A stretch of DNA of 64,000 nucleotides from Alphaproteobacteria bacterium. Lineage in GTDB: Bacteria > Pseudomonadota > Alphaproteobacteria > JAPOUT01 > G958296285. The notes under the pieces were generated by a model. It worked only from the letters and a program-made list of their open reading frames with translations. It did not search any database and was not told the origin of the DNA. Both the position numbers and the translations under genes were made by a program. Below, in pieces: positions 34,774 through 43,542 of this stretch. The stretch's first letter is position 1. Each line of letters starts with the position of its first letter. Location of the stretch: the NCBI GenBank assembly GCA_965212115.1, contig CBDBUR010000001.1:240596-304595 (forward strand), read 5' to 3'.

Positions 34774-36441
34774 ATGTATCGCTATGATGAATTTGACCAT
34801 CAGATCGTCAAGGAACGCGTCGATCAATTTCGCGGCCAAGTGGCGCGCCGCCTCAGCGGAGAGCTGAACGAAGATCAATTCAAACCTCTGCGCCTGATGA
34901 ACGGGCTCTATCTGCAGCTCCACGCCTATATGCTGCGGATCGCGGTTCCTTATGGGACACTCTCGTCGCGACAAATGCGCCAGCTTGCGATGATCGCGCG
35001 CAAATATGATCGCGGCTACGGTCATTTCACGACGCGGCAAAACATCCAGTTCAACTGGCCGAAGCTCAAAGATGTTCCCGACATTCTCGACGCGCTTGCC
35101 GAAGTGGAAATGCACTGCATTCAAACCAGCGGCAATTGCATCCGCAACATAACCGCCGACCATTATGCCGGCTGCGCCGCCGATGAAATCGAAGACCCGC
35201 GCATCTGGGCTGAGATCATGCGGCAATGGTCGACCTTTCATCCGGAATTTTCTTTTCTGCCGCGCAAATTCAAAATTGCGGTCACCGGCTGCACACATGA
35301 CCGCGCGGCGATCTTAGCGCATGATATTGGCATCCGCATCGTCAAGAACGAACAGGGCGAAGTCGGCTTCGCTGTTTATGCCGGAGGCGGACAGGGTCGC
35401 ACCCCGATGATCGGTCAGGAAATGTCGCCCTTCATTTCCAAAGTTGACCTCCTGCCCTATCTTGAAGCGATCATGCGCGTTTATAACCGCCATGGGCGGC
35501 GCGATAATTTATTCAAAGCGCGGATCAAGATTCTTGTTCATACGATCGGCGCGGAAGAGATGCGCAAACAAGTGGCCGAAACCTTTGCGGATATCCGCGA
35601 CAAAACGCAGCTCCGCCTGCCCGAAGAGGAAGAAAAACGCATCCGCGCCTATTTCGCGCCGCCGCCTTATCCGGCAAAAGACGACGCCGCGATCGCCGAG
35701 CTTGCTCAACTCGATGATCCGGAGTTTGACCGCTTTGTCCGGATCAACACCGCACAGCACAAAATCCCGAACTATACGATCGTCAATGTGTCGCTCAAAA
35801 CCAAAGACATCGCGCCAGGCGACGCCAGCAGCGAACAGATGGAAGCCGTCGCCGATATTGCCGAAAAATTTAGCTTCGGCGAAATCCGCGTCACCCACGA
35901 GCAAAACCTCACTTTAGCCCATGTCCGCAAACAAGATCTCGCTGAGCTCTGGCGCGAGCTCAAACAACATGATCTCGCAACCCCGAACATTGGCCTGATC
36001 TCAGATCAGATCACCTGCCCTGGGCTCGATTATTGCAACCTCGCCAATGCGCGCTCGATCCCGATCGCGCAGGATATCGCCAAGCGCTTCGCCGACCCGA
36101 TGCGGCAAGAAGATATCGGCGCGCTAAAAATTAAAATCTCCGGCTGCATGAATGCGTGCGGCCACCATCATGTTGGCCATATCGGCATTCTCGGCGTTGA
36201 TAAAAAAGGCACGGAATATTATCAACTGACACTCGGCGGCTCGGCAGACGAAAATACCGCAATCGGCAAAATTATCGGCCCGGCCTTCACCGAAGATGAA
36301 ATCGTCGATGCGATCGAAAACATCGTGGAGACCTATCGCGAGCTGCGGCACGAGAACGAAACCTTTCTCCAGACATGGCGGCGGCTCGGCAATGAGCCCT
36401 TCAAAGAACGGCTCTATCCTTCTTCTCATGCCGCTTCTTAA
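34774..36441 (+). CDS. cysI: Sulfite (nitrite/sulfite family) reductase hemoprotein, siroheme/4Fe-4S
   Basis: 555 aa. FKPLRLMNGLYLQLHAYMLRIAVPYGTLSSRQMRQLA, TTRQNIQFNW, and the cluster-binding CPGLDYC...SGCMNACGHHHV. Confidence 0.88.
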   Translation: MYRYDEFDHQIVKERVDQFRGQVARRLSGELNEDQFKPLRLMNGLYLQLHAYMLRIAVPYGTLSSRQMRQLAMIARKYDRGYGHFTTRQNIQFNWPKLKDVPDILDALAEVEMHCIQTSGNCIRNITADHYAGCAADEIEDPRIWAEIMRQWSTFHPEFSFLPRKFKIAVTGCTHDRAAILAHDIGIRIVKNEQGEVGFAVYAGGGQGRTPMIGQEMSPFISKVDLLPYLEAIMRVYNRHGRRDNLFKARIKILVHTIGAEEMRKQVAETFADIRDKTQLRLPEEEEKRIRAYFAPPPYPAKDDAAIAELAQLDDPEFDRFVRINTAQHKIPNYTIVNVSLKTKDIAPGDASSEQMEAVADIAEKFSFGEIRVTHEQNLTLAHVRKQDLAELWRELKQHDLATPNIGLISDQITCPGLDYCNLANARSIPIAQDIAKRFADPMRQEDIGALKIKISGCMNACGHHHVGHIGILGVDKKGTEYYQLTLGGSADENTAIGKIIGPAFTEDEIVDAIENIVETYRELRHENETFLQTWRRLGNEPFKERLYPSSHAAS

Positions 36442-36934
36442 AGATCAAAACATCATCTCCGATCGCTGGCACTCATTGGACGATGAGGCCGCTTTAGGCG
36501 ATCATTTGGGCGATCATGCGCAAATCATCATCTCATGGGAGAGGTGGCAAAAAGATCGTCCGACCTTGTCGCAAAGCAATGCGACGCTTGGCGTCGCTTT
36601 TCCGAATACGGAAGATCCAAAACTTCTGCAGGACGATCTTGCGCGCTTAAAGCTCATCGCTTTGACTTTTCCGGTTTTTCGAGATGGCCGCGCGTTTTCG
36701 CAGGCGCGGATTCTGCGCGAGGAAATGGGCTTTAACGGAGAATTGCGCGCCACTGGCGATATTTTACAAGATCAGGTGTTTTTTATGCTGCGCTGCGGCT
36801 TTGACGCCTTCGCCCTGCCCGACAGCGCCGATTGCGTCGCATGGCAGCAGGCGATGAAAGATTTTTCGCTGTGGTATCAGCCGACACACGGCGGGAAAAC
36901 AATCTGGCAAATGCGCGCAGAAAATAAAGGCTGA
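36428..36934 (+). CDS. DUF934 domain protein (sulfite-reduction associated)
   Basis: MPLLKDQNIISDRW...FPVFRDGRAFSQARILRE..GFNGELRATGDILQDQVFFMLRCGFDAF is the DUF934 signature. It overlaps the end of cysI by 14 nt. Confidence 0.78.
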   Translation: MPLLKDQNIISDRWHSLDDEAALGDHLGDHAQIIISWERWQKDRPTLSQSNATLGVAFPNTEDPKLLQDDLARLKLIALTFPVFRDGRAFSQARILREEMGFNGELRATGDILQDQVFFMLRCGFDAFALPDSADCVAWQQAMKDFSLWYQPTHGGKTIWQMRAENKG

Positions 36935-38194
36935 TTAAAACCGCGAAAGCGAAAATGGCGTCGGATCAAGCATCGGCGCGCGGCGTGAAATGAGATCCGC
37001 CGTCAATTGCGCGCTCGCATGACATAAAGTCCAGCCCAAAGACCCATGGCCGGTATTCAAATAAAGATTATCCATCATCTGCGCACGGCCCAAGAGCGGC
37101 AGACCGTCGGGTGTCATCGGGCGCTCGCCGATCCAAAACTGCGCCGACGCGCCATCTGCGCTTTCAGGAAGCAGCTCGCGCCATGCGCGCATCAAAATAT
37201 CCGCGCGATGACTGGGGATCTCATTGCCCGCCGCGCCGATATCAGCCAGACCCGCCAAGCGCAATTGCGCGCCCAAGCGACTCACAACGACGCGGCGCGC
37301 CTCATCCACCAGGCCCAGGCGAGGCGCATGAGCTCCATTAGTTGCCATCGTCACCGAATAGCCGCGCACTGGATAAACCGGCAACCGCAATCCGAAATGC
37401 CGCGCAAACGCGACGCTGTCTGTGCCCAGCGCCAAAACAAAAGCATCGCCGCTGACCTCGCCGCGGCTCGTCAACACAGCTCGAATATAACGCCCCTGCG
37501 TTGCGACGCCATTCAGTTCATGGTTGAATAAAAACTTGACGCCCTTCGCCGCCGCGCGCGCGCCGAGGGCTTCAGTAAAAGCGCGCGCGTCGCCGGTTTT
37601 GTCGTCTGGAAACAGCAGCCCCGCTTCAACGCGGCGATATTGCACCGCCTTGGTCAAAGCGGGTTCGGTGCGCATACAATTGTATCCATCGAGCACCTCG
37701 ACCTCGATTCCATTAGCGCTCATCAATTGAGCGCGTTTTTGCGCGCGCTGCATCGCTTTGCGCCCGGCAAATATATGCACAACGCCCTGCGCGCTGACAT
37801 GAAAATCTTGATCGGCGATTTCATCAAGCCATTGCGTAAAACAGGCCTGGCTCAAAGCCGCCAGTGATAATAAACGATGCGCATTAATCCCCCATGACCC
37901 GGACGAAGCGCTCCGGACCATCCGCGCAAGCCACATCCACTGCGCCGGATCAGTGCGCAAATGCAGACGCATAGCGCCTCGATGATGAAAGAAGCTCAAA
38001 AGCAGACGGCGCAAAATTAGCATGCTCGACCAAGGCAGGGCATCGCCCGTTGCAATATGACCGCCATTGGCAAAGCTCGTGCCGCGCGCCACGGTCGCGT
38101 GGCGATCAATGACGATCACCTCATGGCCATCGCGCGCGAGAGCCCAACTTGCACAAATGCCTGCCAATCCTGCACCTAAAACAATTATTTTCAT
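36935..38194 (-). CDS. FAD-dependent oxidoreductase, D-amino-acid dehydrogenase (DadA)-like
   Basis: MKIIVLGAGLAGICASWALARDGHEVIVIDR (GxGxxG Rossmann motif) within a DAO-family body. The start is placed at 38194 rather than the track's 38227. Confidence 0.8.
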   Translation of the reverse strand: MKIIVLGAGLAGICASWALARDGHEVIVIDRHATVARGTSFANGGHIATGDALPWSSMLILRRLLLSFFHHRGAMRLHLRTDPAQWMWLARMVRSASSGSWGINAHRLLSLAALSQACFTQWLDEIADQDFHVSAQGVVHIFAGRKAMQRAQKRAQLMSANGIEVEVLDGYNCMRTEPALTKAVQYRRVEAGLLFPDDKTGDARAFTEALGARAAAKGVKFLFNHELNGVATQGRYIRAVLTSRGEVSGDAFVLALGTDSVAFARHFGLRLPVYPVRGYSVTMATNGAHAPRLGLVDEARRVVVSRLGAQLRLAGLADIGAAGNEIPSHRADILMRAWRELLPESADGASAQFWIGERPMTPDGLPLLGRAQMMDNLYLNTGHGSLGWTLCHASAQLTADLISRRAPMLDPTPFSLSRF

Positions 38195-38359
38195 TTCTGC
38201 TTTTACTCTCCCTAGGTGTGGCGTCAATTAACCGTCTTGACCCTCCCTGTGACGGCTTAGCTTGCCGAAAAAACAAACACCATAAAATGATTTTTGATAT
38301 CCCCGTCCACAATGGAGCGCTGTATATTACAACTAATGAGCACTTTATATTCTTTGTAT

Positions 38360-38374
38360 GTTCTATTTATGTTC
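38360..38374. promoter_or_regulatory. GTTC-N7-GTTC direct repeat (matches the alphaproteobacterial LexA/SOS box consensus) upstream of the GafY-like gene
   Basis: gttc tatttat gttc at 38360-38374, which is 57-71 nt upstream of the ATG at 38431, inside an AT-rich promoter-like stretch. Confidence 0.45.
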
Positions 38375-38430
38375 TTTGTATATACTCTTTTTACACGTAT
38401 AGAGTGCATTTCATCAATAAGGAGGCAAAT

Positions 38431-38811
38431 ATGGGAGATATCCACACTCAACCCAATCGACAATCCGCACAGGCGCGGGTTGACTTAGCACAAGCTGCCG
38501 TTGCGCGAGCTTTCAACGTCGAACTAGCCGCGATGCGTGCGCCAACAAGATGTAAAGCGCCGATCGCCTTCGCGCGCCAGACCGCGATGTATCTCAGTCA
38601 TGTGGCGCTCGGCGTCTCGCTGACGCGGACCGGCGCGTGTTTCGGACGCGATCGGACAACGGCCTCTCATGCGTGCCGCGTCATTGAGGAAAAACGCGAC
38701 GATCCTCATTTTGATATGCAATTATGTCGGCTTGAAGAAGGGCTGGCGCAAATTGCCGCACGGATTTCGCAGCCTTCTCATTATGTCGATCATGCGCGCA
38801 GCCCCCGGTGA
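38431..38811 (+). CDS. Small DnaA-domain-IV-like helix-turn-helix protein, a candidate GafY (N-terminal half of the GTA activator GafA)
   Basis: ARQTAMYLSHVALGVSLTRTGACFGRDRTTASHACRVIEEKRDD closely follows the DnaA C-terminal DNA-binding motif (ARQiAMYL....S...IG..FGRDHTTV.HA). AAGGAGG lies 6 nt upstream of the ATG. Confidence 0.75.
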   Translation: MGDIHTQPNRQSAQARVDLAQAAVARAFNVELAAMRAPTRCKAPIAFARQTAMYLSHVALGVSLTRTGACFGRDRTTASHACRVIEEKRDDPHFDMQLCRLEEGLAQIAARISQPSHYVDHARSPR

Positions 38812-39571
38812 TCAGATCGGGCGCAAGGCTTTTGAGCGCCAAGCCCGACAAATTTTGCGTCGCCTTGTTGCACCGAAAGCCTGCCTGCTGCCGCAGAAAG
38901 ACGGTGCCTACGGATTATATACAGCGCGATCAAAAACAAATGCCACTATGGTCTTCAATGCGGAATTGATCGCCGCCATGCGCGCGCATGATTTTCTTGT
39001 CAAGCACGGCGAAAAACTAACCGCAAGCCAGACCGGCGCGATGTGGCTCAGGCGGATCGAACTCAAAGAGCAAGATGCGTTTCGCGGCCAGCATCAAATG
39101 AGGGCCAAGCAAAAACATTCCTCCTGCAGCCCTGAGCGCGATGGCTGCGAAATCAACGTTACGGAAAACCCTCTGCTCTGGCTCAGCCGACGGCGCGGGC
39201 CGGATGGTCAAAACCTTATCAGCGAGACACAACTGCAAGCCGGACACCGCCTGCAAAATGATTTTGCCCGCAGCACAATGCGTCCGCGCCTCACTGTTGA
39301 TCTCGCAGCACCACCGGCCAATAAGCATTCCGGGCGGCGATCTCATGACGGGCTGCGCCTCGACGAAAGAGCGCTCGCCGCGCGCGACCGCTTTAATCGC
39401 GCGCTCAAAGCGCTTGGGCCGGGGCTTGCTGAAATCGCTGTAGAAATATGCTGCTATATGCGCGGCCTCGAGCAAGCCGAACGCGCGCTCAACTGGCCAA
39501 AGCGCGCCGGCAAGGTCGTGCTTGGCATTGCGCTAACGCGACTTGCTCACCATTACGGCATGATCCGCTAA
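38783..39571 (+). CDS. DUF6456-like protein with a C-terminal sigma-region-4/LuxR-like HTH, a candidate GafZ (C-terminal half of GafA)
   Basis: NPLLWLSRRRGPDGQNLISETQLQAGHRLQNDF and ICCYMRGLEQAERALNWPKRAGKVVLGIALTRLAHHYG match my recollection of the family that follows the small DnaA-like gene in alphaproteobacteria. It overlaps the upstream gene by about 29 nt. Confidence 0.6.
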   Translation: MSIMRAAPGDQIGRKAFERQARQILRRLVAPKACLLPQKDGAYGLYTARSKTNATMVFNAELIAAMRAHDFLVKHGEKLTASQTGAMWLRRIELKEQDAFRGQHQMRAKQKHSSCSPERDGCEINVTENPLLWLSRRRGPDGQNLISETQLQAGHRLQNDFARSTMRPRLTVDLAAPPANKHSGRRSHDGLRLDERALAARDRFNRALKALGPGLAEIAVEICCYMRGLEQAERALNWPKRAGKVVLGIALTRLAHHYGMIR

Positions 39572-39579
39572 TCTCTAAG

Positions 39580-40008
39580 TTAAACCGTGAGCGCTGTTTG
39601 CGCATCTTTTTTGATCCGCTGCACCATCGCATAAAAGCCGCTCGAACGCTGCGGTGTCAGATGATCGGCAAACCCCAATCGCTCGAATATGCCTTGGGAA
39701 TCAGCTTCTAACACCTCTTGCGGCAGCTTGTCGGAATAAATTTTCAGAAGCAGAGCGATCAGACCGCGCACAATATGCGCATCGCTCGTGCCACGAAAAA
39801 TAAGCCGACCCCCATCTCCTGACCCTGAGACCAGCCACACTTGACTCACACAGCCCGAAACTTTGTTCGCCGCAACCTGCTCGCCGCGCGACAAAGGCGC
39901 TAGACCATTGCCCATATCAATGAGATAGCGGTATTTATCCTCCCATGTCTCAAATAGAGCAAAATCATCCAAGACCTGCTGCAAGGTTATATCCTTTACG
40001 TCCATCAT
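39580..40008 (-). CDS. sufE: SufE-family cysteine desulfuration (sulfur acceptor) protein
   Basis: FETWEDKYRYLIDMG...KVSGCVSQVWLV is the SufE signature, including the acceptor Cys. Confidence 0.88.
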   Translation of the reverse strand: MMDVKDITLQQVLDDFALFETWEDKYRYLIDMGNGLAPLSRGEQVAANKVSGCVSQVWLVSGSGDGGRLIFRGTSDAHIVRGLIALLLKIYSDKLPQEVLEADSQGIFERLGFADHLTPQRSSGFYAMVQRIKKDAQTALTV

Positions 40009-40014
40009 GACATC

Positions 40015-41013
40015 CTACACAAAAAGCGGCTGCCCATGTCGAATGCGCCCCATCTGGCTTTCAATATCACTAATGAGCAGCGTCCACTTTCCTGCCGCGA
40101 TCCGGCGGCGCGCCACAGACTCCGCAGAACCGCCAAAAAGCGCAGACTCCCCATCACTGCCAAAAGCCGCAAGAAAGCTCCGTGCGATCAATTGATGCGC
40201 AAGCGTCGGAGTCAAAACCGGTGCCGCATAATCTGCCAGCCGCGATAAAGCCTCTGGGATCGTCTCAGCATAAAGCCCCAGCAAAACAAGATGACCAGAA
40301 CACGCCGCCGTCAAAGCCTGCGCCGCACATTCAGACTCTTTGATTTCATCAATCAAAATATAATAAGCCCCCGAACGACAGGCCGCGTGAACCGTCTCAC
40401 CCCAAGACATTTCAGAAATATGCGCCTGAACGCAATAACCCTCATGGTGCGCATTGTTATAAAGCCCGGCCAATCGATAGGCCGGACGGCTTTCCAAAGT
40501 CCACGCCAATTTCCCCTGCGCGCGCAGCAGCAAGCTCAGCAAAGACGATGATACCGCCGCACGGCGCATCTCATCCAAGCCCGTCGCGACAACAAGCCCG
40601 GCCTTGCCGCAACTCTGCTCAATATGCCAAATCAGCCCCGGCGACAAGCCCAATTGCGCTAAATCAGGCGCTTGTGCCTCAAGACGGCGCAAATGAAACA
40701 AAGCCCCATCAAACACAACATCGGCGCGCAGTGGCAGGCGGCTGAAATGATAAACACAGCCATCATGATGAACCTCGCCGACTGCGTCGCCGCGCGTGCG
40801 CACAAGATCGTAAAGACTCTGGCTATCGGCAATGATGCCGCGCGATACCACAGCTAAATCCATCCCCGGTTCATTCAAAATAGAGCGCAGAAAATCCGCG
40901 CCCCCTTCCGCAACAAGACGCTCAAGCGCAAGCAGGTCGCCGTCAATCGACAGCAGCACACGCCCGTCCATCGTGAAATAAAGATCACTCATCCTGATCT
41001 TTGAAAGACTCAT
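40015..41013 (-). CDS. PilT/GspE-superfamily-like protein with degenerate nucleotide-binding motifs (predicted pseudo-ATPase)
   Basis: The N-terminal SDLYFTMDGRVLLSIDGDL resembles the PilT SDLHL...R..G.L motif. At the Walker A position it reads GLVVATGLDEMRRAAV, so there is no GxxGxGK[ST]. The Walker B/His-box region is still recognisable (YILIDEIKESECAAQALTAACSGHLVLLGLYAE). Confidence 0.6.
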   Translation of the reverse strand: MSLSKIRMSDLYFTMDGRVLLSIDGDLLALERLVAEGGADFLRSILNEPGMDLAVVSRGIIADSQSLYDLVRTRGDAVGEVHHDGCVYHFSRLPLRADVVFDGALFHLRRLEAQAPDLAQLGLSPGLIWHIEQSCGKAGLVVATGLDEMRRAAVSSSLLSLLLRAQGKLAWTLESRPAYRLAGLYNNAHHEGYCVQAHISEMSWGETVHAACRSGAYYILIDEIKESECAAQALTAACSGHLVLLGLYAETIPEALSRLADYAAPVLTPTLAHQLIARSFLAAFGSDGESALFGGSAESVARRRIAAGKWTLLISDIESQMGRIRHGQPLFV

Positions 41014-41052
41014 ATCAATATACCTTTCAATAAACCTTAGAATTTGGCGAGA

Positions 41053-41535
41053 TCAGCCCATATTATTGAACCATATTAACTGTATCGCATTTTTCGTTTT
41101 ATTGGCAAAGCCCCGACAATCATGCGCGCGCGTCCGAATGGCCTCGCTCCAATTGACGACATCATCAGCATCTTCAATAACATGAATCAAAAAACGCTCC
41201 GCGCTTAAAGTCTTGAGCAAATCCTCGCAGATAGAATCCGGAATCTGTGTGAGCCGCACTTGAATATGCGACGAACCGACGCTGCCATCTCCGGTGCTGC
41301 GGCTGATCGTGAAATTTCCCCAAGGATTCTTGCCGCGATCATCATAGGCTGTGCTCAAAGCGCGATAATCCCGCTCGGTGGCAAAATCGGCGCGGATCTG
41401 TCCCAATGTGCTGTTTATGCCCGCCATTAATATATCGACATCGTCCCGCTCCTGATTCAGCGCGATGCCGCCCGCAACAATAACCCCCGCGACACAGATC
41501 ACGAATAAAGTATCAGGGAAAGCCTTTCGTCTCAT
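41053..41535 (-). CDS. Hypothetical membrane-anchored periplasmic protein (single N-terminal TM helix)
   Basis: MRRKAFPDTLFVICVAGVIVAGGIALNQ is followed by a soluble domain of about 130 aa. A 4-nt overlap with the upstream PilP-like gene suggests coupling. I recognise no known motif. Confidence 0.5.
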   Translation of the reverse strand: MRRKAFPDTLFVICVAGVIVAGGIALNQERDDVDILMAGINSTLGQIRADFATERDYRALSTAYDDRGKNPWGNFTISRSTGDGSVGSSHIQVRLTQIPDSICEDLLKTLSAERFLIHVIEDADDVVNWSEAIRTRAHDCRGFANKTKNAIQLIWFNNMG

Positions 41536-42008
41536 TTTCTAGCAGACACCGACAGCCTCGCCATCGGCAAAAGAAAAGTCCTGCCGCTTTGGACAAGCCT
41601 CACATTTTTCTCGGTGATCGCCTCGACGATGAACGGACGCGACGAACGCGCGTTGGAACCTGCGCTCAAACGATCTCCAATTTTGACGCGGATCACCTCA
41701 CGCTGCGGCGTCAAGAGATCAGCTTGCAGCTTCCCGCGCCAGCCCGCAATGAGCAGTATGCGATAGAATGGCTTTTGAGGCGTATTTTGAGTTCTAGGTT
41801 TTTGAGCCTGCTTGATCTTGCTCTTGGCCTCAGATTTTTTTGGCTTCTTTTGAGGCGTTTGGGCGCGCTTTTGGCGCTCTTGCTCAATTTGTTGCTGAAG
41901 AAATTTCTCCATCTGACTGGCCTGTGGACGCGCCTGCATCTCTTCGGTGAAAAGCAGCACCCAAGCCATCAACCCCAAGATCATCAAACTTCTACCCTGT
42001 CGTTTCAT
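41532..42008 (-). CDS. PilP-like (type IVb pilus biogenesis) periplasmic protein
   Basis: Signal peptide, then a lysine/glutamine-rich linker. The C-terminal beta domain is YRILLIAGWRGKLQADLL...VKIGDRLS...FIVEAITEKNVRLVQSGRTFLL, which resembles the PilP fold consensus. The position after the secretin fits. Confidence 0.5.
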   Translation of the reverse strand: MKRQGRSLMILGLMAWVLLFTEEMQARPQASQMEKFLQQQIEQERQKRAQTPQKKPKKSEAKSKIKQAQKPRTQNTPQKPFYRILLIAGWRGKLQADLLTPQREVIRVKIGDRLSAGSNARSSRPFIVEAITEKNVRLVQSGRTFLLPMARLSVSARK

Positions 42009-43542
42009 CAGACCTATCCACGATCGTCGGCGTGATCAAAATGATGATGACCTTGCGTGATTCAACTTTGTCGGCTTCAACGTTAGATTTAACGTCAGCC
42101 TCCACCTTAACAACATCATGTTCAAAACCCGAAACGACAAGAGTCGTGCCATCAGGAATGACCGTCTCTTGCGCCCAAGAGCTCGTCGAGATTTCGGGGA
42201 TTTGAACCCTGTTATTGCCCGCGCCCAAACTCTTGAGTCGGCTGAGCAGGCGCAATGACATCGACATATCCACCTGAACCCGATCGCGCGGCAAAATATG
42301 CGGGCGCAAATTCATCGAAAAACCGGTCGTGATTGTCGCAGGTGAAGCTGCACTGCCGCTCGCTGCACTGCCGCTCGCCGCTGCTGCCGTCGGACGCGGC
42401 AAATAGGCGCGCTGCGATATCGTCTTGATGGGTATAACTTTGCCGTCGCGTGTGCGCGTATCGGTGATCGTCAAAACAGAGACTTTGCCAACCTTGCGCA
42501 GCGCCGCAATAATCACATCAGTGCCGACGTCCGCCAATTTAATCTGCGGCGGCTTTTTGGATTTTTTATCCTCATCCAAGAGCGGTATCTGGCTGTCCAA
42601 ACCGATCGCCTCCAACAAGGCAGGCAGATTCAAACGGCCTCGATCCGAAAAACTCCGGCCGCCACTGACATCAAATGACAAAACCTGAACGTTTAAGTGA
42701 ATCTCACGGATGAAATATCGATTATGCGCGCGAATAAATTTCGCGGCCTGCTGCATGGCCGGAGGCGTGGTCGTCAATGTAATTTTGCCCGCCTCAGGCG
42801 ATAGATAAATCCGCGAGCCCGACGGCATCACGCTGGCCAAAATGCGCTTGATCCCCTGCCACCTTTTGCCCTCCGCAAGCAGCGGCGAGGCCGCTTCACC
42901 GGCCGCGCGCGAATCTAAAACAGGCAGCGCCACCGCGACACCATCGGGCGGCGCGTAAAAATCAAATGCGCGCGTCATGAGCCTCGTAAAAACAAGACTG
43001 CGGCTTTTTCGGTCATAAGACCATGAGGCCTCAAAGGCGCTCGCGACAACATCGAGCAGGCCCGTCAGTGCGCCGCGATAGTTCAAGCGCGCGAGCTTCA
43101 CCAGCTTGATCTCTCCGACATGGCCTGTTCTCACCCGCACCGGAATGCCAGCCATCTCAGATATTCTGCGGGAGATATGCTTGAGCTTCAAATCCACCGC
43201 GCTGATAAAAACCAGCTCCTGCTGATGCGTGATCGCGTCCGGCAGATTTTGTTGTCCCGGCGTGAAAAACTCCGACTCATCGCCGAGCCAAGCCTTGTCA
43301 ACATAGCGCGTGAGAGAACGCTGCGCTTTTTTCTTTTTCTCTTGTTTCTTTTGTTGGGGCCTCTCCTTGAGACTCTGCTGCAGCGCTTGATAGAATACTT
43401 GACGCTTTTCTTTGCTGCGCGCCTGCTCTTTTTCTTTCTGCACGGCCTCCTGCGAAGGCGGCGGCGCGATTTCACGAAATGAATAAGCGGCGCAGCCCGA
43501 CAGCAAAACAAAAGCGAGAAAAAAAACGATCAAACGCATCAT
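41992..43542 (-). CDS. Outer-membrane lipoprotein secretin (PilN/TcpC-like, type IVb family)
   Basis: Lipobox MMRLIVFFLAFVLLSGC. The C-terminal secretin-like core is VLTITDTRTRDGKVIPIK...IPEISTSSWAQETVIPDGTTLVVSGFEHD...RKVIIILITPTIV. Confidence 0.7.
   Translation of the reverse strand: MMRLIVFFLAFVLLSGCAAYSFREIAPPPSQEAVQKEKEQARSKEKRQVFYQALQQSLKERPQQKKQEKKKKAQRSLTRYVDKAWLGDESEFFTPGQQNLPDAITHQQELVFISAVDLKLKHISRRISEMAGIPVRVRTGHVGEIKLVKLARLNYRGALTGLLDVVASAFEASWSYDRKSRSLVFTRLMTRAFDFYAPPDGVAVALPVLDSRAAGEAASPLLAEGKRWQGIKRILASVMPSGSRIYLSPEAGKITLTTTPPAMQQAAKFIRAHNRYFIREIHLNVQVLSFDVSGGRSFSDRGRLNLPALLEAIGLDSQIPLLDEDKKSKKPPQIKLADVGTDVIIAALRKVGKVSVLTITDTRTRDGKVIPIKTISQRAYLPRPTAAAASGSAASGSAASPATITTGFSMNLRPHILPRDRVQVDMSMSLRLLSRLKSLGAGNNRVQIPEISTSSWAQETVIPDGTTLVVSGFEHDVVKVEADVKSNVEADKVESRKVIIILITPTIVDRSDETTG

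Noticed and set aside
34507-35298. 263-aa ORF on the minus strand
   Set aside because: It is antisense to DUF2849 and cysI, which have strong family signatures, and it has no motifs of its own. It is a shadow ORF.
38228-38250. Possible CtrA box (TTAA-N7-TTAAC) near TTAACCGTCTTGACC, upstream of the GafY-like gene
   Set aside because: Only one TTAAC half-site is present and the second half (GACC) does not match. I also saw no full CtrA box in the g1 upstream region.
38149-38430. N-terminal 94-codon extension of the GafY-like ORF given in the track
   Set aside because: It would overlap the DadA-like gene start and run through an AT-rich promoter-like region. The translation is hydrophobic junk. 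A strong AAGGAGG Shine-Dalgarno precedes the internal ATG at 38431, where the DnaA-like domain begins.
41053-41535. 160-aa membrane-anchored protein as the missing type IV pilin or pseudopilin
   Set aside because: The N-terminus (MRRKAFPDTLFVICVAG...) lacks the prepilin cleavage motif (G followed by F/M-x-x-x-E), and no Glu5 equivalent is present. I left it as hypothetical.
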